Below are positions 38,801 to 50,893 of a stretch of 64,000 bases of DNA, in pieces. The stretch covers positions 2,532,089-2,596,088 of the forward strand of contig CAJINV010000001.1 of NCBI GenBank assembly GCA_905178155.1, read 5' to 3'. The DNA comes from Amoebophrya sp. A120. Taxonomy: Eukaryota; Protista; Dinoflagellata. The notes under the pieces were generated by a model. The model was not told the origin of the DNA. It saw only the letters and a list, made by a program, of their open reading frames with translations, and ran no database searches. How positions within the stretch are numbered: the first letter of the stretch is position 1; each line of letters begins with the position of its first letter. The translations under genes were made by a program, and so were the position numbers.

Positions 38801-41800
38801 GGAACCGCATGGCGAACCGCTTTTCCGACTTGTCGTCCGCGCGGATGCAGGTCGGCCCCCGGCCCATGTCCGTGATGGTGGTGCCGTCGTACGCGGACTC
38901 GATGTGCACGGGGAAAATGTCCTCCGCCTCCACGCCGAGCACCTGCACCAGAATGGTGTCCTGCACGTTGAATACCATGTCCTTCGTCGCGCGGTCGTAG
39001 AGCTCGACGGTAAACTCGTACAGGCCCGCGGCGAGGCCGACGGGGAGTTCCAATGCCGGGACAAACCCGTACGCGTTCTGACACACCGCTAATTTGTCCG
39101 CCACCTCCTTCAGGATCGAGAGCGCCGTCGGCACTTTCGGCTGCTCGTCGTCTACGATGGAGGCCAGGCGGCGGCAGCTCCACCGGTACACCATCCGGTG
39201 CTCGCGCGCCGGGCTGGACCCGACGGAGGTAACGGCGTTCGGATCCACGACTAACGGCTGTGGCTTGCACCAGGCGGGCTCCGAGATGGCGGGCGACACC
39301 GCGGTGGTGCAGTTGGTGGTCGCGATGCGGCAGTAGCTGTCCGGCAGCGTCTGCGTCTGCACGCGGGCCGACACCAAGGCGTCCATACAGGGCTCGTAGT
39401 TGGAAGTCTTGTTCAGCGCGTCGCAAATCGCCCGGATGCTGAAGAAATCCGACGGGTTCTCGATTTCCTTCATGTCAGGAAACTGGTTGAGGCAATCGAC
39501 GAACCGCGGATCGTCGATGTGCGTCAGCCCGTCCCACGACGCCATGTCGAAAGTTTTCGTCGTTGTCGTGGTGGTGGTCGCAAACCCATCCGCTTGGAGG
39601 TCTCTGGACAAGGCACCCGCAGCCACTTGTGGAGAAGTGATTGGTACTAACTTCTGACTCAACAGCTTCTTGCTCTGTTGTCCCTCCAGCATCTTGCGCT
39701 CGTGATTCGGGAACGCGAGCAGCTGGTGTCTGTAGTGTTCCTTGTTGAACCACCGCACCGCCATTTCCTCGTCGTACCGGCGCTGCAGCTCACGCAGGAA
39801 GGTGGTGCTGTTGCCGCCGGCCTCCAGCCACCGGGCCAGCGCCGGCACGTCCTCTGTGCGCTCCGCCGCCATCTTTTGGTAGGCTTCTTCGGAGAACCCC
39901 TGGCTCTCGCGCGGCTTCGTGTCCGTCACCAGCTGCCGCCGGTTCACGATCTTGCGCTTCTCGGATTCCTGGGATTGTTGATCATGGAAGTGATTGATGG
40001 AGAGCCACGCACCAGGACAGTAAGTATGCAGAATAGCGACAATCACGAAAGTATTTCGAAGAAAAGTTAAAGTTCTGGTATACTCGTCATATTAAGCATG
40101 TGGGCACTATTAAAACTTATACCGTCAGCCTCCGCGCATTCGGAATTCCGCCTCCGTGTTCCGTCGACCAGGCCCGGAGTTCCGTGTACGAACTCTTTGA
40201 CGCGTCCACGATGAACCCGCACGTGGTGCCCTGCACGACGAGCGGGGCACGCAGGTGAATTTTAGGCTGCTGCACCGTTCCGATCGACACCTCAAACGGG
40301 ACCAACGAGAACGCCGTTTCCTCCGCCGCCCGGGTACTGAACGTGACCGCCGCGGCGAAGTACCAGATCGCGCCCGGCTGGTAGAACATGTGCGGGTGCT
40401 TGAACGAGGGAATCAGCAACACGTTCTGGTTTACCGACTCGCTCTGGTCGTCGACGCTGTACAGCTCCATAATCCCGGGCGGGATCCGCTGTCCGCCGGG
40501 ACCGATCATGAAGTTGCCGTAGTACCAGCGCACCTTGATGAAATCCCGCACCATATCGGACAGCTCGTCCGCAACCTGCAACGTCTGCGGGCTCTGCGTC
40601 GTGGAGAGCGACGCGGTGGTCCGGAAGAGCGGACTGGACTGGATGCAGGTCGGTCCGTCCGGATGGTCGGGGGTCACGGGCCGGTAGCAACTGTGCAGGT
40701 ACTCGGGCGTGCGCGTGGTCACCTGTGGACGTCGTGGGGAGATGAGAGTGATAAAGACATTCTACGACCGTGCGGTGCGACGTTCTTGCGTTCGCGAAAC
40801 CGAAAGCACGCGTGGCATCAATCGGAAGCAAAAAAATTGTAGAGTCAAGGAATCATATAAAAAAATGAATTCTAACCGTACCTCAAAGCGGATTGGTTTC
40901 CCATCATCCACCTCCATCGGTAGATGTAACTTCGTAGGCCCGACGGCGCGCGCCGACGGGAGGAACGGATTTCTGGAGCCCCGGCTCGCCGTGGCCTCCG
41001 CGCGACCCTCCAAGCCATTGAACGTAACGACGTCGACGCGCAGGGAGATGGACAGCAATTGGCAAGCCACCGACAAGGGGATGACCACCTTCATGTCGCA
41101 GGGGCGGACACCAATGATGTCGGGATCATTACTGTCGTCGTTGCCGCACCACGGCTTGCTGTCCAGCAGGGGTTGGACGTGCGTTGTGCAGTAGTTGTAC
41201 AGAATGTCCCGCATAACCTGCAACAAATCATTCTCGTCCAACGGCCGAGTTTCCAAACAGGTCCACTTTACGCTGGCCCAGCGGCGCATACCTGAAAGTT
41301 CGGTTTGTAGCAGAGTGAACAACCTCTGGGTTGTAACACGAACAGTTGAAGAGAAAACTGATTGTGAAAATGTGTAGTAAAAGCATAAGTATTCAACAAG
41401 TATGCAGATATACCACTGGTGTGACTCTCGCTCGCCCGAAATTCGATGTCACTACATGTGCCAATGCTTTCCGGCGCGCGCAGAATGACTTCCGGTGTGC
41501 GCGCGACCACGTTTGGATGCGACCGCACTGCGATTCCGTAGTTCCGCTCCGGATGCGGGGGCGGAAAGTCCGGCTGCCCGCGAGGCCTCAAGTGCGAGGA
41601 CTTGAACACCAAATAACTCGGGCCGCCGTGCACCTGGTGCAGGTAATCGTACACCGGTACCATCGTGGTCACGACCGTGGTGGTCGAAACGTGTCCTGCC
41701 AGGCTTCTGGGTGCGAGTGCGAAGTCTGTCTTCAGTTCCCGCTGCAACGACACCGGCGCGATCGTCGTCTCGGCCGTGACGCTCGCCATCAAGGCCCACT

Positions 41801-44800
41801 CCGTGTTGCCGATGTTCGCGCGGCCGCCGAACTGCAGGTACAGGTGCTTCGGCGATTTCCAAATGCACTGCGCCTCCGTGCCGCCGATCAACCCGTCCGC
41901 GCTGGCCGCGACGAAGTCCGTGCAGAAGCCCTCCTGCATCAGCCGGACGTTCTGGATGGCGTCGTCGAAGAGAATGATGGCCGCGCCAAAGTCCTGCGTG
42001 TAGTAACTGGACACCGGCCGCGGCGGCTGTTGCAGGGAGCAGTAGTAGTCCCCGTCCTGCGTGCCGCCCGCGCGCCGCACCTTCGCGTACAGGTAGCTGT
42101 ACCCGTTGCCGTACTGCAACTTCTCCGACGCGGTGGCGGGGCGCTCCGTCGTGTACGCCACGACGATTTTGCAGTTGCTGTGGCAGTTGAAGGTTTCCTC
42201 GCACGTACTCGCCTGCTCCCCCTGAATCCAGAACTGCGAGTACACGCAATCCGGGTCGGAGAAGCACGCGTCCCGGCACTCCTCCTTGGTCCGGTACCCC
42301 TGCGTCTTGAACGGCGCGTCCCGCTTCTGGTTCGCCAGCTGCGTGTCCACGGTCCGGCCCGGCGCGCGCTCCACCATGTCGTAGGCCCGACAGTCCAGCT
42401 TCGTGTACCGCTTGGGGCGGAAGGTGTAGGTGTCGAACCCGGTCCCCGCCAGGTTCTTGAAGTTTTCGTACTGGTATAACGTAGAGGGGCAGATATCCGT
42501 ATCCGAGGCGGTCGTCGAGGGGGTCCAGGCGTAGCAGCGCAGGTACTTGTCGTCCCGCGGGACCAGCGTCCTGGCCGCGTTCTCGCTGCAAATGTACCCA
42601 ATCTCCCCGCCGCGCTGGAACTGCGCCAGGCCGTAGCCCTGCGTCAAAACCGACCCGCCCGGCCGCTCGTTGCAGAACTCCAGCGCGCAGACGGACTTCA
42701 GGGACACCTTCGCGTTTTCCTCCACGTAGTTGCTGACGCAGCGCCACGCGTGCTCCACTTCGCACAGGGGACTGCAGCCGTCGTCCGGCAGAATGTTCCC
42801 GTCGTCGCACTGCTCGTCCGCCACGACGTAGCCGTCGCCGCACACCGGCTGGCAGGTCGCTTGCGCGGAACCGATCCTGTCCTATCCAAGGAAAAATAAA
42901 CTGTGTTAGTGTGGGTCTCTTACTCTTGAGAAAGCAGCATGACAAGTTTGTCTGCCATGACAGGAAAAACTTGTCATGCGCGGATGGGACGGGCAAACAC
43001 GTAGGAAACGAGCCTATCATGCATGTGGAGCATGACAAGCGTAACCGTTTTGCATTTTCTGCATCACAGACTTACACTTACACAGTTTTTTTCCTGCATA
43101 TGTCCGGGGTCTTCTTGAACACGAAGTCCCGCCACAGCAGCTCCGCCTCCAGGATGGGTAGCTGCACGCACTCGTACCCGAGCGAGCACCCGTTACACGG
43201 GTCCGACTGGACGTAGTAGCTGGTGGCGATCTCCCGCAGGGGAAAGGGGAACGTGAACGCCGGCTGCTGGTTCGCGTTGCGCCAGTTCGACTCGTAGAAG
43301 TAGTACTTCCCGGTGGTGGTACTGCGGGGCGTGGCCGTCGCGGACAGCCAGGTGTTGAGGGGATATTTGTTTGATTTGTCGTACATGGCCACGTCCGTCG
43401 CGTCCTGGTCCCCGCCAAAGAAAACCTCAATGTACTCGCAGAACCAGGCGTCGTTCGTGCCCGCGACGACCCGGATGGACCGGAATTCCAGCGGGACGGG
43501 GGAGATCAGCACCCGGGGCTTGGTGAACACCTGCACCTCGCACATGTCCCCCGAATACCCGGTTTTGCACTGGCACGCGTTGCTCACCATATTTCCGTTA
43601 CCGCAGCAGGTCAAGCCCTTGCACGCCTGCACGCCGAGCGGCTTCAGGTTGTCGATCACGGCGAACTGGGGCATGCACTCCGTTTCGGTGCGGCAGAAGT
43701 AGATGTGGAAGGGGCCCGCGGACCCGCTGTGCTCGGCCGGGGCGTCGCGCGTTTTCACGTGCAGAATGTAGCCGTACAGCACATTCAACTTCGCTTTCCA
43801 GTACTGCACGGGAAAGGAATGCACGTGGTTGAACTCGCGCAGCTTCTCCTCGGTCGGATTGGACGTCACGAGAGACGTGGGCAGCACGTTGTGGCTGGCG
43901 GCGTTGCCGACCAAGATCGCACCGATCTCCAGCATGTAGGACGCACCGCTGTCGCAGTCACCACCGCAGTAGCAAATCTGAGAAGTCGACGGGTTGTGAT
44001 GATGAGATGAAAACAATATGAAACAGACACTTTATTTCTTCCGCAGGCACTTTTTTCAAATTAATAGGAAGCAACCAAAGAGCAGATCAAACGCAAACAA
44101 AACACTATACCTTCAGAATTGTGTCGGAGTCAATCCGCAGGTCCGACCAACTGATTTCTGTCCGGGCGGGGTTTCGCATCGGAATATTTTCGATTTGGTC
44201 GCCAATCAGCTGCGCGGATGAGATGCCAGCGGAACTCGAGCCGCAGGCGATGTAATTCTCCACCAAGGCGATCTTTTCACTTCGCGTAAAATCTATGCCC
44301 TTCAGCGTGACCGTGAAAAGCGTTTGCTTATCCACTCGGAACAAACCGCCCTGGTCCTGCGTCGCGCTCAACCCCTTCACTTGCAACACACCCGCGAGAA
44401 TGTTGAAGTCCTGGTCCCGAATGCACCCCCCGTGCGTTTTCGTGTCCACGTGCCCCGGGAAGTTCTGGCTCACGTGCTCCATCGTGCCCGTGCTCCGGCC
44501 GCAGAAACAGATCAGCATCTCCTGGTTGTCTTTGAATCGAAAATCCGTCCATGTGGCGGAATAGTCCGAGATGATGCTCGGCGGCCCGGTCGGTGCGCGC
44601 CCAAACATCGTGTTGGAGAACGACATCTGCCCGAGCGTCCCGCACTTGTGCGTGGCGGACAGCTTTTTGACGATCCGGATCCGGTCGGACCGGCGGAACC
44701 CGGTGCCGTGCAGCTTCAGCTGCACGTAGGTGCTAACCTGGGCGGTGTACGCGACGGAACTCAAGCCTGGGGCGTAAAACGTCCCGTCCATCGTGTACGG

Positions 44801-47800
44801 CCCATGCACGTGCACCTCGGCGGCCTGCACCTGGTAGTCGCCCCTCCGTCGGCAGGGGATTTGGTCCGAGGTCTGCCGGGAGCGGAACCCGACCGGCGGC
44901 TCGCGCTGGCCGTCGCACCAGCAGGCGAGGAACACGCCGGCGCGCTTCAGCTCCACCCGCTGCCACAGCGAGGAGGTGCTGTTCCCGTAGTCCCGCGGGA
45001 TTTGGTACGGCGGCGTGATCGCGATTTCGTACATAAACATGTTCAAATCGTCGATGTGTGCCGCCAAATCCGCGCCGTTACCGTCCTGGAAGTTGTCCAT
45101 GCAGGTCTTCGCAACGCCGGTCGCGGGGTCCACCGCGTTTCGGAACATGATGCGGTCCCCGATGTGCAGCTGCACACCCTGGGCGAGCAGGTGGAACGCC
45201 TCCCCGACCCGCACATCCTGCCGCAGACGATCGGGACCGGAGATGGTCAGAATCCCGGCGCCGGTTGTGAAATACCGGGCATCCCGGCAGATGCGCGTCG
45301 CGGACACCGCCGCCCCGGTGGCGCCCCGCGCGCTCTGATCGGGGCAGAAGCAGACCTGGAAGTGGGCCGCCTTCTCCACCACCGGCATCCCCAGGTCGAA
45401 ATCCTTCGCATCGAACATGTTCGACGGGATCAGCGAGGCCGGGTTGGTCGACACCCCGCTCATGTCCTTGAACCCCTCCGCGAAGAAGCTTTTTGGGTCC
45501 CCGCAGGCCGTTCCATGGGGAAAGATCCCGATCTTGTCGGTGGTCATCATGCCGTTCCCCCGGATCTCGATGATGCACCGCATGCCGTTCGTGCATCGGT
45601 AGGTCTGCCCGGAATTCGGCCCGGCCTGGCCGTAGATCACCCGCACGCGGTTATTCAACGTGTCCGCGATCCACAGGTTGTTCGAGGCGGGGTCCACGTC
45701 GATCCCGCTGGGCGCGTTGAGTGGCGAGGAGATCGCGTTGAGTGCGATGCTGTAATCCTTGGTCGCCGCTTCCGCGTACCCCGCGACCCCGGGCGCATTT
45801 GCCAACGCGAACACGCGTCCGAGCTCCGCCAAACTTTGCCCCGGCGCGATGATCTTGTAGATGTTGTTGTCGGACGTAGACCCGAGGCCGTCGACACAGG
45901 TCGTGGAGGATTTGTAGGTTTTGTACGTGTTTTCCGCGTTTTTGTTGGACACGCACATGCCGTTCTGCCGAATGCCAAACACCACGTACCCCAGCCGCAG
46001 GGATTCGAAGAAGCAGGCCTCCACGGGGTTGGTGCGCTGCAGGTAGTCGCCGACGAGGAATTGGCTGGGGGGGTTGGGGTTTTCTAAACTCGCGAGTAGC
46101 ACACTGTTGGGATCCGTGCTGTCTCGCCAGCAGCCCATGCTGACCACCTGCGCGGTCGGCATGCCGATCAGCCGGTGGTTGCCGCGGTCCGACATGATCA
46201 GCATGTTGGTCAGCGAATTGAACGTCAAGCCGACCGGGCTGTTCAGGAAGGCCGTGTCCCGGAGCTGCCCGAGCATGTACCCGCTCTGCATTGGCGTGCC
46301 GACGTAGGTGTCAATGATCCCGCAAATCGGGCCGTTTTGCAGACCGCAGGTCTCGCCGAAGTGCATCTGCACCTGCCTCCCAATGTGGTTGCCGTGCTCA
46401 GAAAAGTAGACCACGGCCCGCAGCGTTCGGCCCTCCTCGTCGTCCTCCTCTAACGGGTCCACGTGCGTGCACACGACACCCTTCGGCAGGTTGATTTGCC
46501 CGCGGAGCGAGTTGCCGCCGTCACCACCATACCTGTCGTTGGAGTATCACTGTGTAAAGCGAAGTTTGTTTAACAGGTTTTTACCAGCCATAGCAAACCT
46601 GCATGCCCTAGAGCAAGAATCACGATCACCCCCACGACAAGGAGGGGCTGCATTAGCATGCAAAATTACAAGCACGAAAAACAGTCCCACAGTAAAAAAT
46701 GCATACTTACCCTTGTGGTCCTTCTCCTATCGCGGTGTAGATCTTGCCGTAGCGGGAGCTGAGCGTGTCCAGATACACGATCCGGATGCGATTGTTCAGG
46801 GTATCCGCCACCCAGAGCATGTTGTCACTGTCCAGGAAGATCCCGTTCGGCGAGTCTAGACGCGCCAGCAGCGCGGACCCGCCGTCTCCACTGAAACCGG
46901 GGCTGCCCGTCCCGGCAATTTGACTGATGATTCCCGTGGTGGCATAAAGCAGGGCCTCCGTCATGCCGGCCTGATTGGATGAAGGGATTGTGAATGGACC
47001 GTTCTCAAACGGCACTGCGCTTGTTCAAAAGGAAACTCGCAATCGCAAACACTGTGATCATGATGTCGCATTGCATTTTTCAATTAAAAAAAAACCTCTA
47101 TACCGTGGTCATCAGATGCGCGGGCGAGTATTCGATCATGCGGACCTGGTGGTTATTTTCCTCGGTGAAGTACAATCTGTACACGAACTGCTGCGTGTTT
47201 TTGTAGATGTCGCCGTTCGCGGTCTGGAACTGCGCGGTCCCGAAGGCTGCGTTCACGGCCATGAACTCCCAGTAGTAGCGTTTGTCCAGCGTGATCCCGG
47301 CGGGCACGTTCAGCAGCGCGTCCTTCGACAATCCGCCGTTCCCCCCGTTCCCCAAATACACGCCACCGGCGATCCGGTAGGTTTGCCCGTAGATCAAATC
47401 CAGGTACCGCAGTCGGTGTCCCTCCGCGACAAATACGCCACGGTCCATCACGGCGACATCTTGCGGCTTCTCCTATGAGGGTGCATAAAGTACTTACTCC
47501 CCTTCCCCTGATTTGTACAGCAGGAACAGCAATACAAACACCAGCACGCGCAGAGGCTGCGTGTGCGTTATGGTGTAGCAGCAGCAGTTGCAGTACTGTT
47601 AGGGCAGCTTCCGTCGAAAAGATAAACTTATCATGCAAACAGTGCCACAACGCCTCCGTTGGGTTTCTTGTGATTTTCCATGACAAATGAACGGGACGAG
47701 GTGGAAGAGTTCTTGTTTTGCACTCTCATAGGTCCATCAACGAGTTGATGATGCCGATTCCGTTTTCCAAGCCGGACGTGTTCGTCGGCGCGGTGCCAGC

Positions 47801-49414
47801 GCCGTTGGCAATCGTGACGATGCTGCCCGTCACGATCAACCGGACCGCGTGCTGCGAAAACACGTCGTCGCCCACGTCGCAGTTGCCCCCGCACCAGCAG
47901 ATTTTGTAGTACCCGGACCGGCCGATGGTCACGTTGCTCCACTGCTCCCACCGCATGGCGCCCGTTTGGTCGGGGGAGTGCGTGGGAGCGGTCAGGGGAA
48001 ACACGTTCGAGGACATGGTCAGAGACGCTTTCGTCCCGCACAGAATCGTGTCGTCGACGATCCGGACCCGGCTCGCCAGGCCCATCCCGATCCCCTGCAG
48101 GTAGATGTTGAAGGGCTGGCCGGCGACCACGGACTGGTCAATGATCCCCACGGGGCCCTGGGCGACGACCTCCACCTCGCACAAGGCCAGCACCGCGGAC
48201 CGGAGCTTGATCACGATAAACACGTAGCGGCCGAAGCCTTCGCAGGTGATGCTGTTCATCTGCCCGGGTATCATCACCACCCCGTCGTCGTCGTACTCCG
48301 TCACGTATGCAATGCAAAAGTTTATCGCACCCACTTGTATTGTATGCAGACATCACGCATGACAGATTTATGGAAGCAGCATTGCAGATAACTGCATTCA
48401 CTTTTGTGTTTTTGTGCAACTCCTACTATAGCACGATACTCATGCAATGCATATGACGCCGCTCAACCCGCCGTTGGGCCCGCTGCCGCAGATCATGTTT
48501 TCGTCCCACCGGGAGCCGCCGATCCCGCCAACGCGAAACTCGAAGTGCGTCAAGGTTTTCACCACGTCGTTGCGCGGCCACAGCCGGATGAGCCCGACAT
48601 GCTCGGACCGGCCCAAGTCGATGCGGAACCACGGGAAGTCGTCCGTGTCCGTGCCCGAGGACCAGGTCTGCGCGCACCGGTCCTGGAAGAAACTCATGCC
48701 CTTCTTCCCGTCGACCGCAAACCCGGCGGATCCCTGCCGCTCGCCGATGGCGGGGTTGGGGTGGACCTCGGTCCCGACGGAGGAAAGCGCCACTCCCTTG
48801 TTCAGAGCCAGGTTCACACCCTCCACGCCGCCCGTGGAACCCTGCAGCAGACGGGCCTTTTCCTCGCTGTGCGGGTCGTCCTGCGAGTTGTGGTCTTCCG
48901 CGTAGGCCCGCAGGGGGCTGCGCACCCGGGCGGCCAGTTTCGTTGCCGTCCATTGGCTCTGCTCGTGCACCTCGTTGTAGACCTTTTTGGTTCGGGGTTT
49001 AGCTACAACTAGCGGCTCCTGCTGTGATGTAGTGGTAGCCTGCTGCTCCACCCTGTTTGGCTCCGGCTCTACACCGTTGGCGGATAGCAAGGACTCCAGC
49101 CCGCGCACTACGGAAGCCGAGGCTCCTCCCGTTTGTCGTGGCTTGCTCCGGGTGGCGGGATCCACGTAGTCGGTGTTCTCCGCCTCGCCGTTGAAGACCG
49201 GGTTGCGGTAAAGCCCCTCGACAAACACCGGCGGCTTCTTCTGCTTCACCATGGGCCGTTTGGGCAACTGCGCCTCCAGCCGGGCTTTCTCCTCAACGAG
49301 GGACTCCACCTGTGCGGCGAAGGTCTCGGGAGACAGCTCGGCCCGTACCGCATGCTGCTGCAGGGACGACAGCAGCGCGAGACAAAGCCATGCTGATGCT
49401 GCGCGGCGAAGCAT
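29876..49414 (-). CDS. giant multi-exon polycystin-1/REJ-like membrane receptor (~5,400 aa, ~21 introns)
   Basis: Exons chain in frame from signal peptide MLRRAASAWLCLALLSSL through a fucolectin/F5-8-like domain (NLALNK..FAVDG..PWFRIDLG..LALCEVEV), NHL repeats (IAGTGSPGFSGDGGSALLARLDSPNGI), EGF, PLAT-like (DAWFCEYIEV), DUF4215-type CGDG..EQCDDGN..DGCS, PAN-like, REJ-like (YRWSC, GGIARDRLGAEG) and GPS-like (GGCIT..ATCDH) regions, then a TM, four WW domains and several C-terminal TMs. A few junctions near 30480-30640 are not fully resolved. Confidence 0.8.
30066..30318. mobile_element. introner element, ~52-bp TIR
   Basis: TAT..CC.GCTCAG.TGTTACAATCT.AAACGTTACAATAGA at both ends; TCACG direct repeat; removal restores YVGV-STAEF. 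Confidence 0.92.
33382..33538. mobile_element. introner element
   Basis: TAT-N4-TGCAAAAGTATCG.ACT TIR; TCGTC direct repeat; removal restores PKAT-SILN. Confidence 0.92.
35380..35658. mobile_element. introner element
   Basis: 26-bp TIR TATCCTGAG(C/T)AAAAACGTCCCCACCC; decayed direct repeat CGGCT/CGACG; removal of the element plus 5 bp restores frame (YR.VWWKEN). Confidence 0.88.
42883..43100. mobile_element. introner element
   Basis: TIR TAT.CA(A)GGAAAAA(T)AA(A)CTGTGT.AGTGT..GTCT; TGTCC direct repeat; removal restores TPD-RIGSAQATCQPVCGDG. Confidence 0.92.
47474..47730. mobile_element. introner element (older, decayed)
   Basis: TATGAG(G/A)GTGCA.AA TIR; flanks TCTCC/GGTCC; removal plus 5 bp restores LM..PQDVAV in an NHL repeat. 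Confidence 0.82.
48306..48453. mobile_element. introner element (related to 33382)
   Basis: TATGCA(A/T)TGCA..AGT(TT)ATCG TIR; flanks TCACG/TGACG; removal restores SGV-TEYDD. Confidence 0.88.
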
Positions 49415-50359
49415 AGTGCCCGCTTGTCGTCGTTGGTCTAGCAGTAGTTCTTCACAGTGGTCGCGCTGGAGAGCAACGACCCCCGGGCGCCGCTTCGCAA
49501 CTCATACGGACGAGCAGCGGAGCCGTATTTTCAGGAAACATCATTTTCAAAAAAATCCAGCAGTTACAAGGTCCGTGCTACGAGACACTGTAAAAGATTT
49601 ATTGCGAGAGGCAATGCAGAGGGTAAGTAGATGTGGTTGTGATGTATCAATACAGAAACAGGGTAGGCTTATGAAAGCAAACTTAAACACAGAAAAGAGA
49701 AGTTCTAGAATTCTCAAAATCGACAGAGCAGAACTGGGGCTAGGAAAAATGCAAAATGCATGTAGTGTAGATACCGAATGGGTAAGCCCGTGCAGAATGG
49801 GTTAGAAAAAAAATAGGGTTAATTTTGGTTCCTGCAAGATGGTATTAGAAAATGTGAAAGGAATGTCAACTGAGCTTCAGTACCGCAGTTCTACTCCCGC
49901 AATCAGACGCGAGGCCGGCGGTCACTCGAGCGCTACGAAAAAGTGCGACCGATTGTGTGTGTGCCACTCTTCGCTCTCTGTTTGTTCGCTCCGCTCTTTC
50001 TCTCGTAAGAAGATTGCTTTCTCGCTGGCGCGCGATCGACTACTTATATATCGCCCGTTTTTGGGACGCGCCTCGCGCGACATCGAAGAAGAGCACGGTG
50101 CTGACGCGATGATGTTGTTTTCTCTCGTGGTTACTTGCCACAGCTACATGCACGTCACAAACATTCAGGACAGAAGTTGCCGTCGCGCAGTTGGCGGCTG
50201 AATCAGCGCAATTGCCTACGACGTGTTTGCGTTTTTTGCTGCACACAGTAAACATTGAAACTTATAACTGTTCGCACTGCATATCAGCGCGAATTACGAC
50301 CTAGCATTAAGATAAATCTTACAGGAAGCGCGGGACCGACATCCGCAGTGTTTTTACCA

Positions 50360-50893
50360 TCACTTCTTTTTCATCGCCATCTTTTTGACGGCCATTTTCA
50401 TTTTTCCCGCCGAACTGCCCCCACCCGTGTTGCTCTTGGCATCTCCCGTGTGCCGCGCAACCCACTTCCACTTTCCGCTCAGCTTTTTCCACACGTTTTG
50501 CGCCGCGTTGTCCTGATCCGTCTTACCTCCGCGTTTCCAAAGGCAGATCTCCTCGAAGTCATTCGTCATGCGCCAGTCGACGAGGTCCTTTTTCGTTTTA
50601 AACGCGCAGTACGCGTCGCCGTCCACCTCGCAAGTAAAGCAGTTGTAGGGCTTCCCCCACCGGTTTATGCTGGTTTTCTTCACCGGTCTGGTACTGGACA
50701 CCCAGCTGGGCAACTTCGCGTCGCCCGGCTTCGGAAGGAACTCGAACTCGAGCGGCGCGGAGCAGGTGTTGTAGGACAGTTTCTCCGTCAACGAAACGCC
50801 TGGAATTCTTGTGCACCGCACGTTGAACCAGTGGCCGCCGTCCACGTGCACTTGGTGGACGCCGAGGAGGTCGTCGGGTGTGATAGGCGCCAT
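50360..50893 (-). CDS. 177-aa basic hypothetical protein with a Lys/Met-rich C-terminal tail
   Basis: Intact ATG-started ORF with GC3-rich codons like those of neighbouring genes; ends GKMKMAVKKMAMKKK. Confidence 0.75.
   Translation of the reverse strand: MAPITPDDLLGVHQVHVDGGHWFNVRCTRIPGVSLTEKLSYNTCSAPLEFEFLPKPGDAKLPSWVSSTRPVKKTSINRWGKPYNCFTCEVDGDAYCAFKTKKDLVDWRMTNDFEEICLWKRGGKTDQDNAAQNVWKKLSGKWKWVARHTGDAKSNTGGGSSAGKMKMAVKKMAMKKK

Noticed and set aside
36837-46087. Long antisense or alternate-frame ORFs (e.g. 44324-46087 +, 41346-42479 +, 38020-39426 -)
   Set aside because: Shadow ORFs of the GC3-rich receptor exons.
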